From Mobula hypostoma (Eukaryota), in assembly GCF_963921235.1 (NCBI RefSeq), contig NC_086120.1, positions 8,494,001 through 8,558,000 on the forward strand: a DNA stretch of 64,000 nucleotides. Reading direction: 5' to 3'. Under the pieces are notes generated by a model that did not search any database, was not told the DNA's origin, and worked only from the letters and a program-made list of their open reading frames with translations. A program made the position numbers and the translations under genes. Positions 36,989-51,701 of the stretch are shown here, piece by piece. Numbering within the stretch: position 1 is the first letter of the stretch; each line of letters starts with the position of its first letter.

Positions 36989-38257
36989 TGTGACGAGAAT
37001 ACACATAAATTAAGATGTTTGCTGGCCTGGGCTAGCACCACTGGCATCAGCAGTTGTTCTGTCATCTGTCCTCAGGGGAGCGAGAGATAAGGAACAATGA
37101 AGCAGCATTTGGAGATGTTAATGAAGGAGCCATCAGTCTGGGTACTGTCTAGAGCGGCTCCCCCTTTGAACCCTGAACTGTTTGAAGTGATGGACAGGCG
37201 ATACCCCAGCAGGGGGATAAAAAGGGACAGGTTCGCTAAGGAAGGACACACGACGACACCCGAGGTAACGAGACCCTGGAAGCGGTGCGCCTCTCTCAAG
37301 TCGGTGGGAGGTACCGCGCCATAAACGCACAGGGTGGAAAGGTACGATCAGCGGGAACCCGGTGTGTGTCCACCCTCGCTTGGGTGCCGGGTTCACTGCA
37401 GAGGATCGACTGCATCTGGAGGAGGGGTCACAGTCGGTGACCTCAGGTGACATCACAAAGGACCCGCCCGAAAGCTGCTTGTGAGCAATATCGCCGGTCT
37501 GTGAGTGGAAGCCGTTCTGAATGATCAGTCGGTCTCGGTCTCCCTCTCCCTCCCCCCACGTTGTCCATCGCCATGGCAACGATTACTGCGAACTGAACTA
37601 AACTGGACTGAACTTTGTGTCACTTTGAAATTGGTCCTTTACCCCGAGACAACGATAGAGCTTGATTGATGCTGTTATCTTAATTCTGTGCACGTGTGTT
37701 TATCATTGCTGAACTGTTGCATTTATTATCCTTTCGATTACTGTGTTGCTTGTTTCTTTAATAAAACTTTCTTAGTTCTAGTAATCCTGACTCCAACTGA
37801 GTGATCCATTTCTGCTGGTTTGGCAACCCAGTTACGGGGTACGTAACATAAGTGGGGTTCTCGTCCGCGATTTTGAACGCTAAATTTGGGACGGAGTAAA
37901 TTGATTGGGTTAAAATGCCCGAAAGAAAGAAAAGACAAACAGCAGAAATGGAGGCTGAGGAATTTATAAAGGCGCCGATCTTGGAGGCATTAGAGGATGC
38001 CAGGAAATCGGAATTGTTGGCTGTGGCCAAACGGTTGAATCTTGCTAAGGGGAAGTCGACAATGAGGAGAGAGGAGATACACAGAGCTATCGTAGAGCAC
38101 TATTTATCTCAGGGTGTGTTTCCCCAAGGCGAGCTGGGGGTGGTTTCTATTGAAAAACCTGCTGGAGACGCGGTACAGGTACAGCTTGAAAAACTGAGAC
38201 TCGAGCACGAGTTCCGGGTACGACAGTTTGAACACGAAGAGAAGCAGTTAGAAAGGC

Positions 38258-38298
<41 letters not shown>

Positions 38299-40390
38299 TT
38301 GGAAAGAGAAGAGAAAGAGAGAGAAAGACAGTTGGAGAGAGAAGAGAAAGAGAGAGACAGACAGTTGCAGCAGTTGGAGAGAGAAGAGAAAGAGAGAGAC
38401 AGACAGTTGCAGCAGTTGGAGAAACAGAGGGAAAGGGAATTCGAGCTGGAGAAGTTAAGGTTAAGGGCAGAGCAGGGGCTCGTGCCGAACCAAGGTGGAG
38501 GGTTCCGGCTGACCCAGGAGGTTAGGCTGGTTCCCCCATTTGACGATACCGACGTGGATCGGTACTTCCTCCATTTCGAAAACGTGGCTATAAGTCAGGA
38601 CTGGCCGAGGGATAAGTGGGCTGTTTTACTTCAGAGTGTACTGAAAGGGAAAGCCCAAGAAGCTTACTCCGCTTTGTCCGCGGAAGATGCCCAGAGGTAT
38701 GAGGTGGTGAAAGAGGCCATCCTCAGGATTTATGAGTTGGTCCCGGAGGCATACCGGCAGAGGTTCCGGAATGCGAGGAAGCAGTGGGACCGCACGTATT
38801 TAGAGTTTGCCCGTGAGATGCAGACATATTGTGAGCGTTGGTGCGCCTCGAAGGAGGTAGAGGGGGATTATGACAGACTGCTACAGCTGATCCTGATTGA
38901 GCAGTTTAAAGGTTGTGTCCCTGAGGGTATGAGACCCTACCTCGATGAGAAAGAGGCAGCCACGTTAGCCGCAACTGCTAAGTTAGCGGATGAGTATGTG
39001 TTGACGCATAAAATGAAGTTTGCCCCGAGTAAAGGCTACCAGAATGGTAGTCAGGACGGCGGGGAGAGTCCGCCGGAAAAGTCAGAAAGTAAGCCGGGGA
39101 CTATTTAGAAGGACAAGGTAGACGGGAGCAGTCTGGCAGGAAGTCTCCTGGGGTCGTCTGTTATAATTGCGGGAAAGTCGGACACTTTGCGTCCAGGTGC
39201 TTTGCCCCAAAGAAGGAGACGGGAAAGGGAAAAACGGTGACTTTGAATGGCTGTATCGAGTTGTTAAGCGAACCGCTAGGGAAGGACAGGTCTGCCAAAG
39301 TTCAGGAAGGGCTCGAAAGGTTTATCTCGGCCGGATTGGTGTCAGTGAAGGAGGGGTTAAAACCAGTTCCAGTGCGGATCTGGAGAGACACGGGAGCCTG
39401 TCAGTCACTAATACTGAAGAGTGTATTAGGGTTTAGCTCAGAGACCCAGACTGGGGAGGTAGAGGTCAAAGGTGTTGGGGAAGGGACATAGTCAGTCCCT
39501 TTGCACCAGATACACTAACAAAGCAACCTGGTCTCTGGACTAGTCACGATCGGGGTGAGGTCCGAATTACCAATGAAAGGCGTGGAAGTCTTGCTCAGTA
39601 ATGACATCGCCGGGGAAATCGTGTTCCCAGTCGTGAGATTGGCAGGTCAGCCTGCCAGCATTGAGGCCCCGCCCATGGACTCACAGGTTCATCAGGGGCC
39701 CGCGGCAGTGAATTTAGCTGAAACGTTTCTGCCAGTCTTGTACGAGACGGGGGTAGAACATGAAAAGAAGGACTGTAATGAGACAAGAGGTAGTGAGGGA
39801 GCTGGGACAGACGTAGCAGGAGCCAGGAAAGAATTTGTGCAGACGCAGGAGCGAGACGAGGGGCTGATGGTTTTGGCAGAGACAGCTCTCTCTGACACAG
39901 CTTTAACAAGGGAACTACTAGGCTATTGTGTGGAGGAGGAAGTGCTAAGGAAGGAAGGGAATCCAAGTACCGTACCCGCAGATGAGGAATGGGGGGTGGT
40001 GCAAAAGAGTTATGAGGATGAGATTTTTAACATGGCCCCCGAGGTACCCCCCGGTGGACATTTTGCGGTGCTGGAGGAAACAGTTGGTGGAATCATGAAA
40101 GAGGTTTACCGGCTGGCTGCCCAGCGGGAAGGATGTTATTGATCATGACCGACGCGAACTGAGACGGTCACAGGCTTTTGATATGCTAACAAACCTCGTC
40201 GGTGTTAGCGTGGAAATCAATGAAGCTAGGGGCCCCCTGATAAGAGAGAAAAAAAAAACATTTTGAAAAGATGAGTATGGGATCGATCAGATGGAAGAAG
40301 GCTATTGTTTTGGCCAGGTCTACTGATAAGGTCTCTCCCTTAATCCCAGAACAAAGCGGCTCTTTAGAAGAAGTAATTAAACGACTCGCA
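36989..40390 (+). mobile_element. Gmr1-like Gypsy LTR retrotransposon, 3'-truncated
   Basis: LTR TGTGACG(36989)..CGTAACA(37848); tRNA-Pro-like PBS TGGGGTTCTCGTCCGCGAT at 37853-37871; gag, CCHC knuckle (CYNCGKVGHFASRC), protease RDTGA, then an integrase N-terminal-like segment directly after the protease. Confidence 0.85.
37915..39108 (+). CDS. Gag/capsid with SCAN-like domain (397 aa, premature stop before the Zn knuckle)
   Basis: LVPPFDDTDVDRYFLHFE..WAVLLQSVLKGKAQEAY..YELVPEAYRQRFR..LILIEQFK. Confidence 0.8.
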
Positions 40391-42232
40391 CCCGTGTGTT
40401 TGATGGTAGGCGCTTCGTAGGTCCAACTTCAAGAAGGTGGTAGCTCCGTGAAGGGGTTCTAACGCAGAACTGAGAAGAGGCAGTGGGTACTTGTTCTTTA
40501 CAGTAATATGATTTATGCCTCGGTAGTCGATGCAAGGACGGAGAGAACCATCCTTCTTACCTACAAAGAAGAACCCTGCTCCTACCGGGGAGGAAGAGGA
40601 TCGGATAATGCCCGCCGCGTGAGATTCACTGATGTAACCTTCCATTGCCTCCCTCTCTGGCCGGGACAAGTTATACAATCGACTGGTGGGTAGAGGAGCT
40701 CTGGCGAGAAGGTCGATAGCACAATCGTACGGTCGGTGTGGAGGCAGGGAAAGGGCGCATTGTTTACTAAACAATTGCCCCAGATCCTGGTACTCCGCTG
40801 GAGGCCTGGATAAGTCAGGGGTTTTAGCGGCAGATGAGGTCGCGGTAGCTGTTACAGAGGAAAGCGCCGACTGTAGACAAGTGGCGTGACAAAACGGACT
40901 CCAGCTGGCTATCTTCCCGGTGGATGAATCAATGTAAGGATTATGGCGGCTTAACCAGGGGTACCCAAGTACCATTGGAGCTTGAGGACAGGAGATCAAG
41001 TTAAATTGTACCTGTTCCCGATGGTTCCCAGAGAGAATCAAAGACAATGGTGGGGTACAGTGAGTGACTCGGCCAGAAGTCTGCAGTCCAGTGCTCGGGC
41101 TTCGAGAGGGGTAGTCAACGGCTCACGGGGAATTCCGGCCTAAGAAGCTATGTTTTCATCCAACAGATTCACCTCAGCACCAGAGTCTATCAAGGCAGAC
41201 AAGGACAGGGACTGTTGGTTGTGGCTAGGATCTCCATCCGGAATTGGGGGACAGAAGGGAATGTAGTCTGACTCACCAGAGTCCCCTTTTCTACTGGTGA
41301 GCCCTCCCTTTTGGCCGATGGGAGCAGGAAGTACGAAAACGTCCAGACTGACAGCAATAGAAACAATCCCCTGCTCTGAATCTCCAGATTCGCTCTGAGG
41401 GAGATAGACGGCTCTGTCCCAGCTGCATTGGTTCTTCTCCCGGGCTGGTGGAAACGGCCGGGCCGGATGCTATTCGAGGAGGAGGAGGAGCAGAGAGGTT
41501 AGGGCTGGGAGTAGATGGTAAAGCGTGCCGTGGAGTGGCCAAAGGAGTAGGACGATCGGTTCTCTCTCTGACGTTCTGGGAGTCGGTTGTCCAGCCTTGT
41601 GGCTAGGGTGATCAATGAATCCAGGCTGTTAGTGTCATCCCCTAGCTGGCAACTCGTCCATTACCTTGTCACAGAGGCCTTGCCGGAATACCTCCTGGAG
41701 TACCTCATTATTCCAGCCCGCGTCGGCCGCTCGGGGCCGGAACTCCACGGAGTATTCGGCAATACTACGGGAGCCCTGATGGAGGGTGAGTAGCCGCTTA
41801 GCGGCATCTTTACCGCAGACGGGATGGTCAAAAATCTTCCTTATTTCTGAGATGAAGGTGAGGAAGGAAGAGCAGGTCTCTGGCTGATTATCCCAAATGG
41901 TGGTGGCCGACGCTAAGGTATTTCCTCTCAACTACCATATAATGTTAACTATTTTAAACCTGTCTGCGGCGTATGTGGATGGCTGCTGCTCGAACACAAA
42001 GGAGCATTGCAGCAGAAAAGCCCGGCACTTCCCCAGATCTCCGCCGGAGGGTTCTGGTTCAGGTACGTGCGCCTCTCTTAGCGGACGTGTTGTTGACGCA
42101 TCGGGCGTCGCCAATACAGGCTGTCTGGGCTGGTCAGACAGAGTTCCCGGAGTCGACGTGGTAAGATGGGTGGATACTCTGTCGACCTGTTCACTGACCT
42201 TTCTTACGTCTACTGACAGGGAACGGAGGTTT
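40390..42232 (-). mobile_element. Sushi-type Gypsy gag-protease-RT fragment
   Basis: [54 protein letters not shown]; stops and frameshifts. Confidence 0.9.
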
Positions 42233-42912
42233 TTAGATTAGATTAGATTAGATTAGATTATGAGGACGCGCGGTCCTCTTTTATTTTCTTTTAGTAATGC
42301 AAGCATTAAGAAATAATACAATGTTTTTTTTTCCAGAAACACATGAGAAACCGACTTAAAAACTGAACTGACAAAAACCACATAATTATAACATATAGTC
42401 ACAACAGTGCAAAGAAATGCGGTTAATTTGTTAAGAACAGACCACGGCACGGTAGAAGTCTCAAAGGCTCTCGAAAGTCCCATCATCTACTCCTGCACCT
42501 ATTTTCTATGTTTCCATGTATCTCACACAGACGGCAAACCTCCAGCGCCGCAAACTTGCCGATGCAGCATCCTGGAAGCATCTGAGCACAGTCCGACTCC
42601 GAGTCCGTCCGAAAACTCCGAGCCTCCGACCAGCTCTCCGACACCGAGCACCGAGCACCGCCGCTGCCGAGCGCTTCGACCCGGTCCTGGCAACAAGTAA
42701 TAGACAGAGCCGAGGATTTGGGGCCTTCCGCTCCGGAGATTCGCACAGCAGCAGCGGCAGCGAAGCGGGCATTTCAGTAGTTTTTCCAGGTGTTCAGCCG
42801 TGCTTCTCACTGCTGTCTCCATCAAATCCGGATTGTGCACAGCCCACTAGTTAACACAAACGATATCATTCGGAACGGCCGCGTGCGCTGCGTCGCGCCG
42901 CCATCTTTCCCT
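42233..42912 (-). mobile_element. Non-autonomous LINE-derived element with (TCTAA)n tail
   Basis: (ttaga)n at 42236-42260, minus-strand AATAAA, CpG-rich 5' end aagatggcggcgcgac. Confidence 0.55.
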
Positions 42913-42914
42913 CC

Positions 42915-45900
42915 CTGAATGACTTCCTGGAGCAGCCGATCGTGCAAGCCCGGTAGGAAGCCCTGGCTGGCGAGGTCTCGCTGCAGAGGATTCCTGTCCG
43001 CTGGGTTCAAGTAGGCCAGTTTGTTCTGTTGCAGGGGGCGACTGAGGAGAACCCAAGAGCAGGACACCGGCACATCGACTGAGTTTAGGATGCTGGCGCA
43101 GACGTGAACGTAGAATAGTAAACCGGAGGACTCTTGACAAGGAGACGGGATCTACCGGGATATCTTGAAACTAGAGCAGAACTTGGAACTAAACATAGGA
43201 GGACCGCCCCTGTCTGCAAATGGAGTAGCAGTAATTTTGTGCTGCCCTTAGTTTTCTTTCTCTCCCCCTAGTTTAAACTTTGAATTTAAAATTTTTATTT
43301 ACTGATTCTTGAGGGGGAACAATATGCCTATGTCTACGGGAAATTGGAAGAATTTAACTGAACCTAGTGATCAAAGTAATGGGACAGGAAAGGTGCAAAT
43401 GGAAAGGTCTGATGAAATGCCATCGTGGGCTGAAGATATCGTTCCGACACTGAATTCAATTAAGGATCAGAATGGATCAATTGAAGACCAACTGGAAAAG
43501 AATAGTAATGAAATTAACTCAGTTCTGGGAAAACTTAAAGACCTGGAAACTCAAGTTATTACAAATGAAGAGGAATTGAAGATAACTAAGCAGAAGTCGT
43601 CTGAAGATACAACTCGTTTGGAAAGATATCAAAATCAGATTAAAGACCTGGAAACTAGGTGTCACAGAAAGAATATAGGAATTGTTGGGCTGCGAGAAGG
43701 AGCTGAAGATGGAGGTTTAACTGCTTACTTCGGTACGCTTTTCCACGCTTTATTTCCTACCATTCTGTCAAAGCTGCCTGCTATCGAAAGGGCACACAGG
43801 GCGTTTATTTCGAAATTGAAGGATTCTAGTAAACCAAGATCTGTTCTGGTTTGCTTTTATCCCTTTAAAATTAAAGATCAAATGATGCGACAGGCAAGAA
43901 AACAAAGTTTTTAGATTTATGGAATCTGAGCTCCGCTTTTACGAAGATTATCCAAGGGAGATTATGGAACAAAGATCAAAATTTGCCCTGGTAATGAAAC
44001 AGGCATATGATAAAAAAAAATCTCTTTCCCTCTTTGAGGTATCCGACAAGAGTTAAAGTTTTTCCTGCTAATTCTCCTCCTCGGACTTTTTTTTTGATCC
44101 GAAAGCTGCACTGGTCTTTGTTCAGGCTATACCAGCCGTTGTTACCGACGTCGCTGCTGAAGGAACTATGTGAAAGGTTGTTTGGCTATCTGTATATTAT
44201 TCGCATTTTAGAAAGAAGATTTATGCAGGTCATTTGCATATTTCATTGAGAGACTAATTAAAGAAGACAAGGAGAGTTGTTCATTTTTGCATATTGTTGG
44301 TATTACTTTGGAAAGAAGATTTACGGCTCAAGTATGACTGTGTAAATAATCATGTGAACATTCGACTGAGAGAAGAAGATAAGGGGATTTGTTCCTTTAA
44401 TTTAATACTTTGTATATTTCTTTTTTTAATCAGCTAATTGGTAGTTTTTCCTAGTAATGGGGCTATATATATTTGGGAGGGTTTAATTACTTATGACTTA
44501 TTAATCAGTCTTTTATCAGTCTTTTTGAAAATTCAGCTGGGTCAAATATACTATTTTTTTTCTTTTATTGTAACATTTTATAATTGAATTTAATGTTTTT
44601 CAGGGGATTAATCTTTAACTTAAAGATGACGCTGCTTTTCTCTCTAAGAGATAACATTATTTTCGTTCTTTCTTGTTTGTTAATTGATGGAATGTAAATA
44701 CCTTTCTTTGCTGAGACTTTATTGTCTTTTTTACAAGGTCACTTTACTTCTTTACTAACTGGGGGGAGGAAAAGAAAACACAGACAGAGCGGCAGTGGCT
44801 TTGAACTCCATAGCAGGTCGCTTGCCTTTTTTTGGGCTTCCAGGTGTGGGTGGGTGGGTGGGTGGGTTTCGAGTTAGGAGTTTTTTTTTCCCTTTGAGTG
44901 GTTCCGGAGCATGCGCGTTTTTTATGTGTTTGTATTCTTCATCACCGCCATCTTTGATCATCCCGTATTGGTATGTGCTCTGCGCATGTATAAAGTAAAA
45001 TAAAATTATAGTATGGTATTCAAACGGATTAATATAACAAGTTGGAATGTAATTGTTTGGAATCATCCTATTAAACGAAAAAAGACTTTTAAAATTATTA
45101 ACCGATTCCAACCTTTTATAATTTATGCTCAAGAGACACATATCGGGCGAGAGATCTAAATAGATTTTTAGGATGGTGGAATGGTTTGCAATTCCACTCT
45201 ACTTCTCAGAGTAAAACAAAAGGCGTGTCTATTTTAATTTAACCTAATCTATTTATTCAAGAGGATATTGAATCAGATTCTAATAGTAGATTTTTAATTG
45301 TTAGAGGAGCGATCTGTAATAGAAAAGTTGCTTTGGTTAATTTGTATGCTCCCAACTTGGATGATCCTTTTTTTATTTTAAAGAGGTATTTGCTTTACTA
45401 CCTAATTAAAATGAATATATGCTGACAATGGGTGGGGATTTTAACTGCTGCTTAAATCCTATGATTGATAAGAGCTCAACCAATGAGCGACTTCCAAATC
45501 GATGTACGTCATTCATTAATTCATTTTTGATTGATTTTGGGTTGATTGATTTGTGGAGGTATCTCCATCACAATAATAAAGAATATTCTTTCTCCTCACA
45601 TGTTTATAAAAATAATCAAGGATTGCTTACATTATAATCGATCCCCGCTTCTTGCCTCGTGTTAAAATTTGCAAATATGACGCTGTTGCTATATCTGATC
45701 ATGCGCCTCTGAGTTTGTCTCTTGAATTTGATTATGTCATTTTTGTCCACCCACCTTGGCGCATTTCTCAGACATTATTGCAAAACTTTGACTTCGTCAG
45801 TTTCACTGCAACCCAGATAAGTTTTTTTTTTCTTTTTCATGATATAGGTGGTATGTCTAAATTAATTATATGGGATACCTTTAAAGCAGTTTTACGTGGT

Positions 45901-48900
45901 CAGATTATTTCTTATTCAGCTAAATTTAAAAAAAAGGCTAAAGTGGAATTAGATAGAATTTCAAAACATTGTTAAAGATTTAGATTATATCTATGCAATT
46001 TCCCCCAATATTGGTTTATTTAAACAACGGGTGGAACTTCAATCACAATATAACCTGTTATTAACGCATCCCATTGAAGGATATTTGTTTGTTAAAGAAC
46101 CAATTTTATATGTTTGGAGATAAAAATAATAAACTGCTCATATCTCAATTAAAAATGGCTGCAGTCAAAAGGCAAATCATGAAAATTGGCTCAGGAATAT
46201 GAAGGAATTAATAGGATTTTTCAAGATTTTTATGCTGAGCTTTATAAATCTCAGTGTCCGTTAGATTCCACTGAACGAATGTTTTTTTTTTACGAAATAT
46301 TGTTTTTCCTAGAATCTCAGCTGAGGATCAAAAAACGCGATGCTGAAATCACTGAATCCGAAATTCATAAAGCTATGTTTTTCAATGCAAGCTGGTAAGT
46401 CCCCGGGACTTGATGGCTATCCTGTAGAATTTTATTTTAAAATTTGGAAAGTTGCTTTTTCTATATATGTTGGAAATGTTTAAGGATTCTTTTGTGAAAG
46501 GTGACATACCCTCTACTTTTTAATGAGTCTTCTATTTCTTTAATTCTTAAAAAAGATAAAGATCCCACTGACTGTGCTTCATATAGACCTATTTCATTAC
46601 TGAATGTCGATGCTAAGATTCTGTCAAACATCATGACCAATCGGTTGGAGAATATTTTGGGTAAAATTATTTTTAAAGATCAAACAGGCTTTATAAAGGG
46701 TCGCTCTTATGTTTCAAATGTTCGGAGACTATTTAATATTATCTTTTCGTCCTCTTTTAAAACTCCACGCTGTGTTGTATCTTTGGATGCTGAAAAAGCG
46801 TTCAATCGATTCAAATGGAAATATTTATTTGATGCTTTATAGAAATTTGGCTTTGGTGCCGATTTTAATAATTGGATTAAAATGATATATAAAGCCCCTA
46901 TTGCTAGCGTTGTCACTAACAGTTGCATGTCTCCTTTTTTTTCACCTGTAACGGGGGGCAAGGCAAGGCTCTCCATTAAGTCCTTTGTTGTTTAATTTAA
47001 TATTAGAACCCCTTGCTATTGCTCTTCGTGAGGCTAAAAATACCCATGGGATTTTTGTGAATGAGACCATGCATAAGATCTCTCTTTACGCTGATGATTT
47101 ATTGGTTTATATACATAATCCTGACGAATCTATTCCTACCTTGCTAAAATTATTTAATGAATTTGGAGGTTTTTCAGGATATAAAATAAATTTTACTGAA
47201 AGTGAATTGTTTCCTTTAAATGATTCTGTCTCTATATATGATAATACTCTTTTTAAAGTCACAGATTCTTTTAGATATTTGGGTATCATAATTTCTAAAA
47301 AATATAAGGATCGTTATAAAGCCAATTTTGTTCCTTTATTAGACTCTAAGTCTTTATTTAGTAGATGGAGTCCACTTACATTTTCACTTGTTGGTCGTAT
47401 TCATATAGTTAAAATTATGATATTACCAAAATGTTTATATTTATTTCATAATATTCCTGTTTTCTGACTGGGAGGTTTTTTGATTGGATTAATTAAATTA
47501 TTTGATCTTTTATTTGGAATAATAAAAGACCAAGAATAATTAAATGTCACTTACAAAAATAGAAAAAAGGATGGAGCTCTTGCTTTGCCTAATCTAAGAA
47601 TGTATTATTGGGTTGTTAATGTGCGATACATGTCATTTTTGGTTATATTGGGTTGATAACAGTGATCGGACAATTTGGGTAGACCTGGAACTGAAAGTTG
47701 TAAAACAGTTCTATTTAATCTTGTTTCTGGGAGCTGCTTTACCTATGCAATTAGCTAAAGTTGTTAATGTAAACCTATATCCTGTGATTATGTATTTTTT
47801 TACAAATTTGGCTACAGTTCTGCAATTTTTTAACCTTAAAAATTTAAGCTTTGCATTTTAAGTTATCGAAATTACTTTTTAAAGCCTTCTTTGAGTGATC
47901 CAATTATTTTACTTTGGAAAAATAAATGTATTAATTCTTTTTTTGGATTTATTTAAGAAGATAGATTGATGTCTTTTGAACAATGAATTGACAAAATTTC
48001 TTTTTCGTACTCACACTTTCTGCAATACCTTCAAGTTAGACATTTTTTACAAAAAAATTTAAGTAATTTTCCTCACATATTGGAGGCTGACCTGTTAGAT
48101 ACTATTATGAGTATGAATTCTTATTTCAACGGTTCTATTGGAAAAATTTTTAATTTATTATTAGAATGAGATAAGTGTCCTTTATCCAAGATTAAACTGG
48201 ATTGAGAAAAGGACCTCAATTTGACTTCTATGACGGAGGATTGGATGCGGGTTTTGAAGTTGGTTAACTCGTCTTCAATTTGTGCTAGTCATTCAATGAT
48301 TCAATTTAAAATTGTACATCGTTATAAATTGACGAATGAGAGACTTTCTGAAAAGTTTTCCAATGTTTATAGTCGTTGTGATAGATGTAAAACGGAGATA
48401 GCCACACTGACCCATGTGTTTTGGTCTTGTTTAATATTGAAACAGTTCTGGAAGTCGTTTTTTTCAACAATTTCTCAAGCACTTAAAATTACTCTACAAC
48501 CTAATAAATTAACTGTGCTTTTTGGAATAATTCCTCAAAATAGTCATGGTGTTCCTGTGTCTGACCAATATGTTATTGCATTTGTTACATTGATAGGTAG
48601 GAGGTTCATTTGGTTGAAGTGGAAAGATAGATCAGCTCCCAGTTTGTCACAAAGGTTCTCTCAAGTGATGCTATGTCTTAGTTTGGAGAAAATTAGAAGT
48701 CGAACCTTTGAACCTTTATTTGATTTTGAGAAAAGATGGGGCTCATTCGCTCGTTATTATCACTTGAACTTATTGATAGAGTTTTTTCTTCCACGATCTA
48801 ATTGTAATTTTTTTTAGTACATTTTCTTTTCTTGCTGGCGGTTTGATGTTTATTTTTGGATGCTTTGTGTATGACGCATGACTGCAGGGTTGTACACCTG

Positions 48901-49075
48901 ATGGGTTCTTTTCTTTTTTTCTCACTTTCTCTGCTTAGTAGGTTTTTTTGTTATCACAAAAATGTTTTTCAATCTTTAAGATAATGTATTTTTGAGACAT
49001 TTTAAGTGTTATACTTTAATGTACTCATGTTATTTCTTTCGTATAATATAACAATACAAAGATTTGAAAAGGAAT
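42915..49075 (+). mobile_element. L1 LINE, near full length, heavily disrupted
   Basis: ORF1 RKNIGIVGLREGAE..IERAHR; ORF2 YRPISLLNVDAKIL, SLYADDLL, CDRCKTEIATLTHVFWSC; A-rich end. Confidence 0.92.
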
Positions 49076-49125
49076 GGAACTAAACTTAGAACTAGCTGTT
49101 CTAAGCGGACAAGAGAATGAGGTAT

Positions 49126-51412
49126 CATAGAAACATAGAAACATAGAAAATAGGTTCAGGAGTAGGCCATTCGGATCTTCGAGCCTGCACCGCCATTTAT
49201 TATGATCATGGCTGATCATCCAACTCAGAACCCCGCCCCAGCATTCCCTCCATACCCCCTGACCCCCGTAGCCACAAGGGCCATATGTAACTCCCTCTTA
49301 AATACAGCCAATGAACTGGCCTCAACTGTTTCCTGTGGCAGAGAATTCCACAGATTCACCACTCTCTGTGTGAAGAAGCTTTTCCTAATCTCGGTCCTAA
49401 AAGGCTTCCTCTCTATCCTCAAACCGTGGCCCCTCGTTCTGGACTTCCCCAACATCGGGAATAATCTTCCTGCATCCAGCCTGTCCAATCCCTTTAGGAT
49501 TTTATACGTTTCAATCAGATCCCCCCTCAATCTTCTAAATTCCAACGAGTACAAGCCCATCTTCAGTCTTTCATCCAGTCTTTCTTCATATGAAATTCCG
49601 GCCATCCCAGGAATCAATCTGGTGAACCTTCTTTGTACTCCCTCTATGGCAAGGATGCCTTTTCTCAGATTAGGGGACCAAAACCACACACAATACTCCA
49701 GGTGTGGTCTCTCCAAGGCCTTGTACATCTGCAGTAGTACCTCCCTGCTCCTGTATTCGAATCCTCTTGCTATAAATGCCAGCATACCATTCGCCTTTTT
49801 CACCGCCTGCTGTACCTGCATGCCCACTTTCAATGACTGGTGTATAATGACACCCAGGTCTCGTTGCACCGCCCCTTTTCCTAATCGGCCACCATTCAGA
49901 TAATAATCTGTTTTCCTATTTTTGCCACCAAAGTGGATAACTTCACATTTATCCACATTAAATTGCATCTGCCATGAATTTGCCCACTCACCCAACCTAT
50001 CCAAGTCACCCTGCATCCTATTAGCATCCTCCTCACAGCTAACACTGCCACCCAGCTTCGTGTCATCCGCAAACTTGGAGATGCTGCATTGAATTCCCTC
50101 ATCCAAGTCATTAATATATATTGTAAACAACTGGGGTCCCAACACTGAGCCTTGCGGTACCCCAATAGTCACCGCCTGCCATTCTGAAAAGGTCCCGTTT
50201 ATTCCCACTCTTTGCTTCCTGTCTGCTAACCAATTCTCCACCCACACCAATAAATTACCCCCAATACCGTGTGCTTTAAGTTTGCACACTAATCTCCTGT
50301 GTGGGACCTTGTCAAAAGCCTTTTGAAAATCCAAATATACCACATCCACTGGTTCTCCCCTATCCACTCTACTAGTTACATCCTCAAAAAATTCTATGAG
50401 ATTTGTCAGACATGATTTTCCTTTCACAAATCCATGCTGACTTTGTCCGATGATTTCACCGCTTTCCAAATGTGCTGTTATCACATCATTGATAACTGAC
50501 TCCAGCAGTTTTCCCACCACTGACATTAGGCTAACCGGTCTATAATTCCCCGGTTTCTCTCTCCCTCCTTTTTTAAAAAGTGGGGTTACATTAGCCACCC
50601 TCGAATCCTCAGGAACTAGTCCAGAATCTAACGAGTTTTGAAAAATATCACTGATGCATCCACTATTTCTTGGGCTACTTCGTTAAGCACTCTAGGATGC
50701 AGACCATCTGGCCCTGGGGATTTATCTGCCTTCAATCCCTACAATTTACCTAACACCACTTCTCTACTAACATGTATTTCGCTCAGTTCCTCCATCTCAC
50801 TGGACCCTCTGTCCCCTACTATTTCTGGAAGATTATTTATGTCCTCCTTAGTGAAGACAGAACCAAAGTAATTATTCAATTGGTCTGCCATGTCCTTGCT
50901 CCCCATAATCAATTTACCTGTTTCTGTCTGCAGGGGACCTACATTTGTCTTTACCAGTCTTTTCCTTTTTACATATCTATAAAAGCTTTTACAGTCCATT
51001 TTTATGTTCCCTGCCAGTTTGCTCTCATAATCTTTTTTCCCCTTCCTGATTAAGCCCTTTGTCCTCCTCTGCTGAACTCTGAATTTCTCCCAGTCCTCAG
51101 GTGAGCCACTTTCTCTGGCTAATTTGTATGCATCTTCTTTGGAATTGATACTGTCCCTAATTTCTCTTGTCAGCCACGGGTGCACTACCTTCCTTGATTT
51201 ATTCTTTTGCCAAACTGGGATGAGCAATTGTTGTAGTTCATCCATACAACCTTTAAATGCTTGCCATTGCATATCCACCGTCAATCCTTTAAGTGTCATT
51301 TGCCAGTCTATCTTAGCCAATTCACGTCTCATACCTTCAAAGTTACCCCTCTTTAAGTTCAGAACCTTTGTTTCTCAATTAACTATGTCACTCTCCATCT
51401 TAATGAAGAATC
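49126..51412 (-). mobile_element. Young CR1 LINE, 5'-truncated
   Basis: (catagaaa)n tail; uninterrupted 457-aa RT/C-terminal ORF at 49225-50598 (YRPVSLMS, DFQKAFD, GVPQGSVLGP, FADDTKL). Confidence 0.95.
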
Positions 51413-51611
51413 TCACGACAAGATCACAAGAGACTAAACCAACAAACTGGCAACCTGAGAAAGAGAAACCATCGTACTTATTTCACAGATTGTGATGAAA
51501 ACCAGGTGTACTGTAATTAGGTAAACTAGCAGCAATTGGAAATCTAATGATTGAAATTAGGGCACAATCAGGGGGAAAGGAAAGTTAAAGGGAAACAGGC
51601 AAACGGAACCA

Positions 51612-51657
<46 letters not shown>

Positions 51658-51658
51658 A
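51612..51658. repeat. (TC)n(CA)n microsatellite
   Basis: Directly visible. Confidence 0.95.
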
Positions 51659-51701
51659 TGGTAGACTGGAGTGTATTTCGTTCGAGATACTGCATGAAAT
51701 A

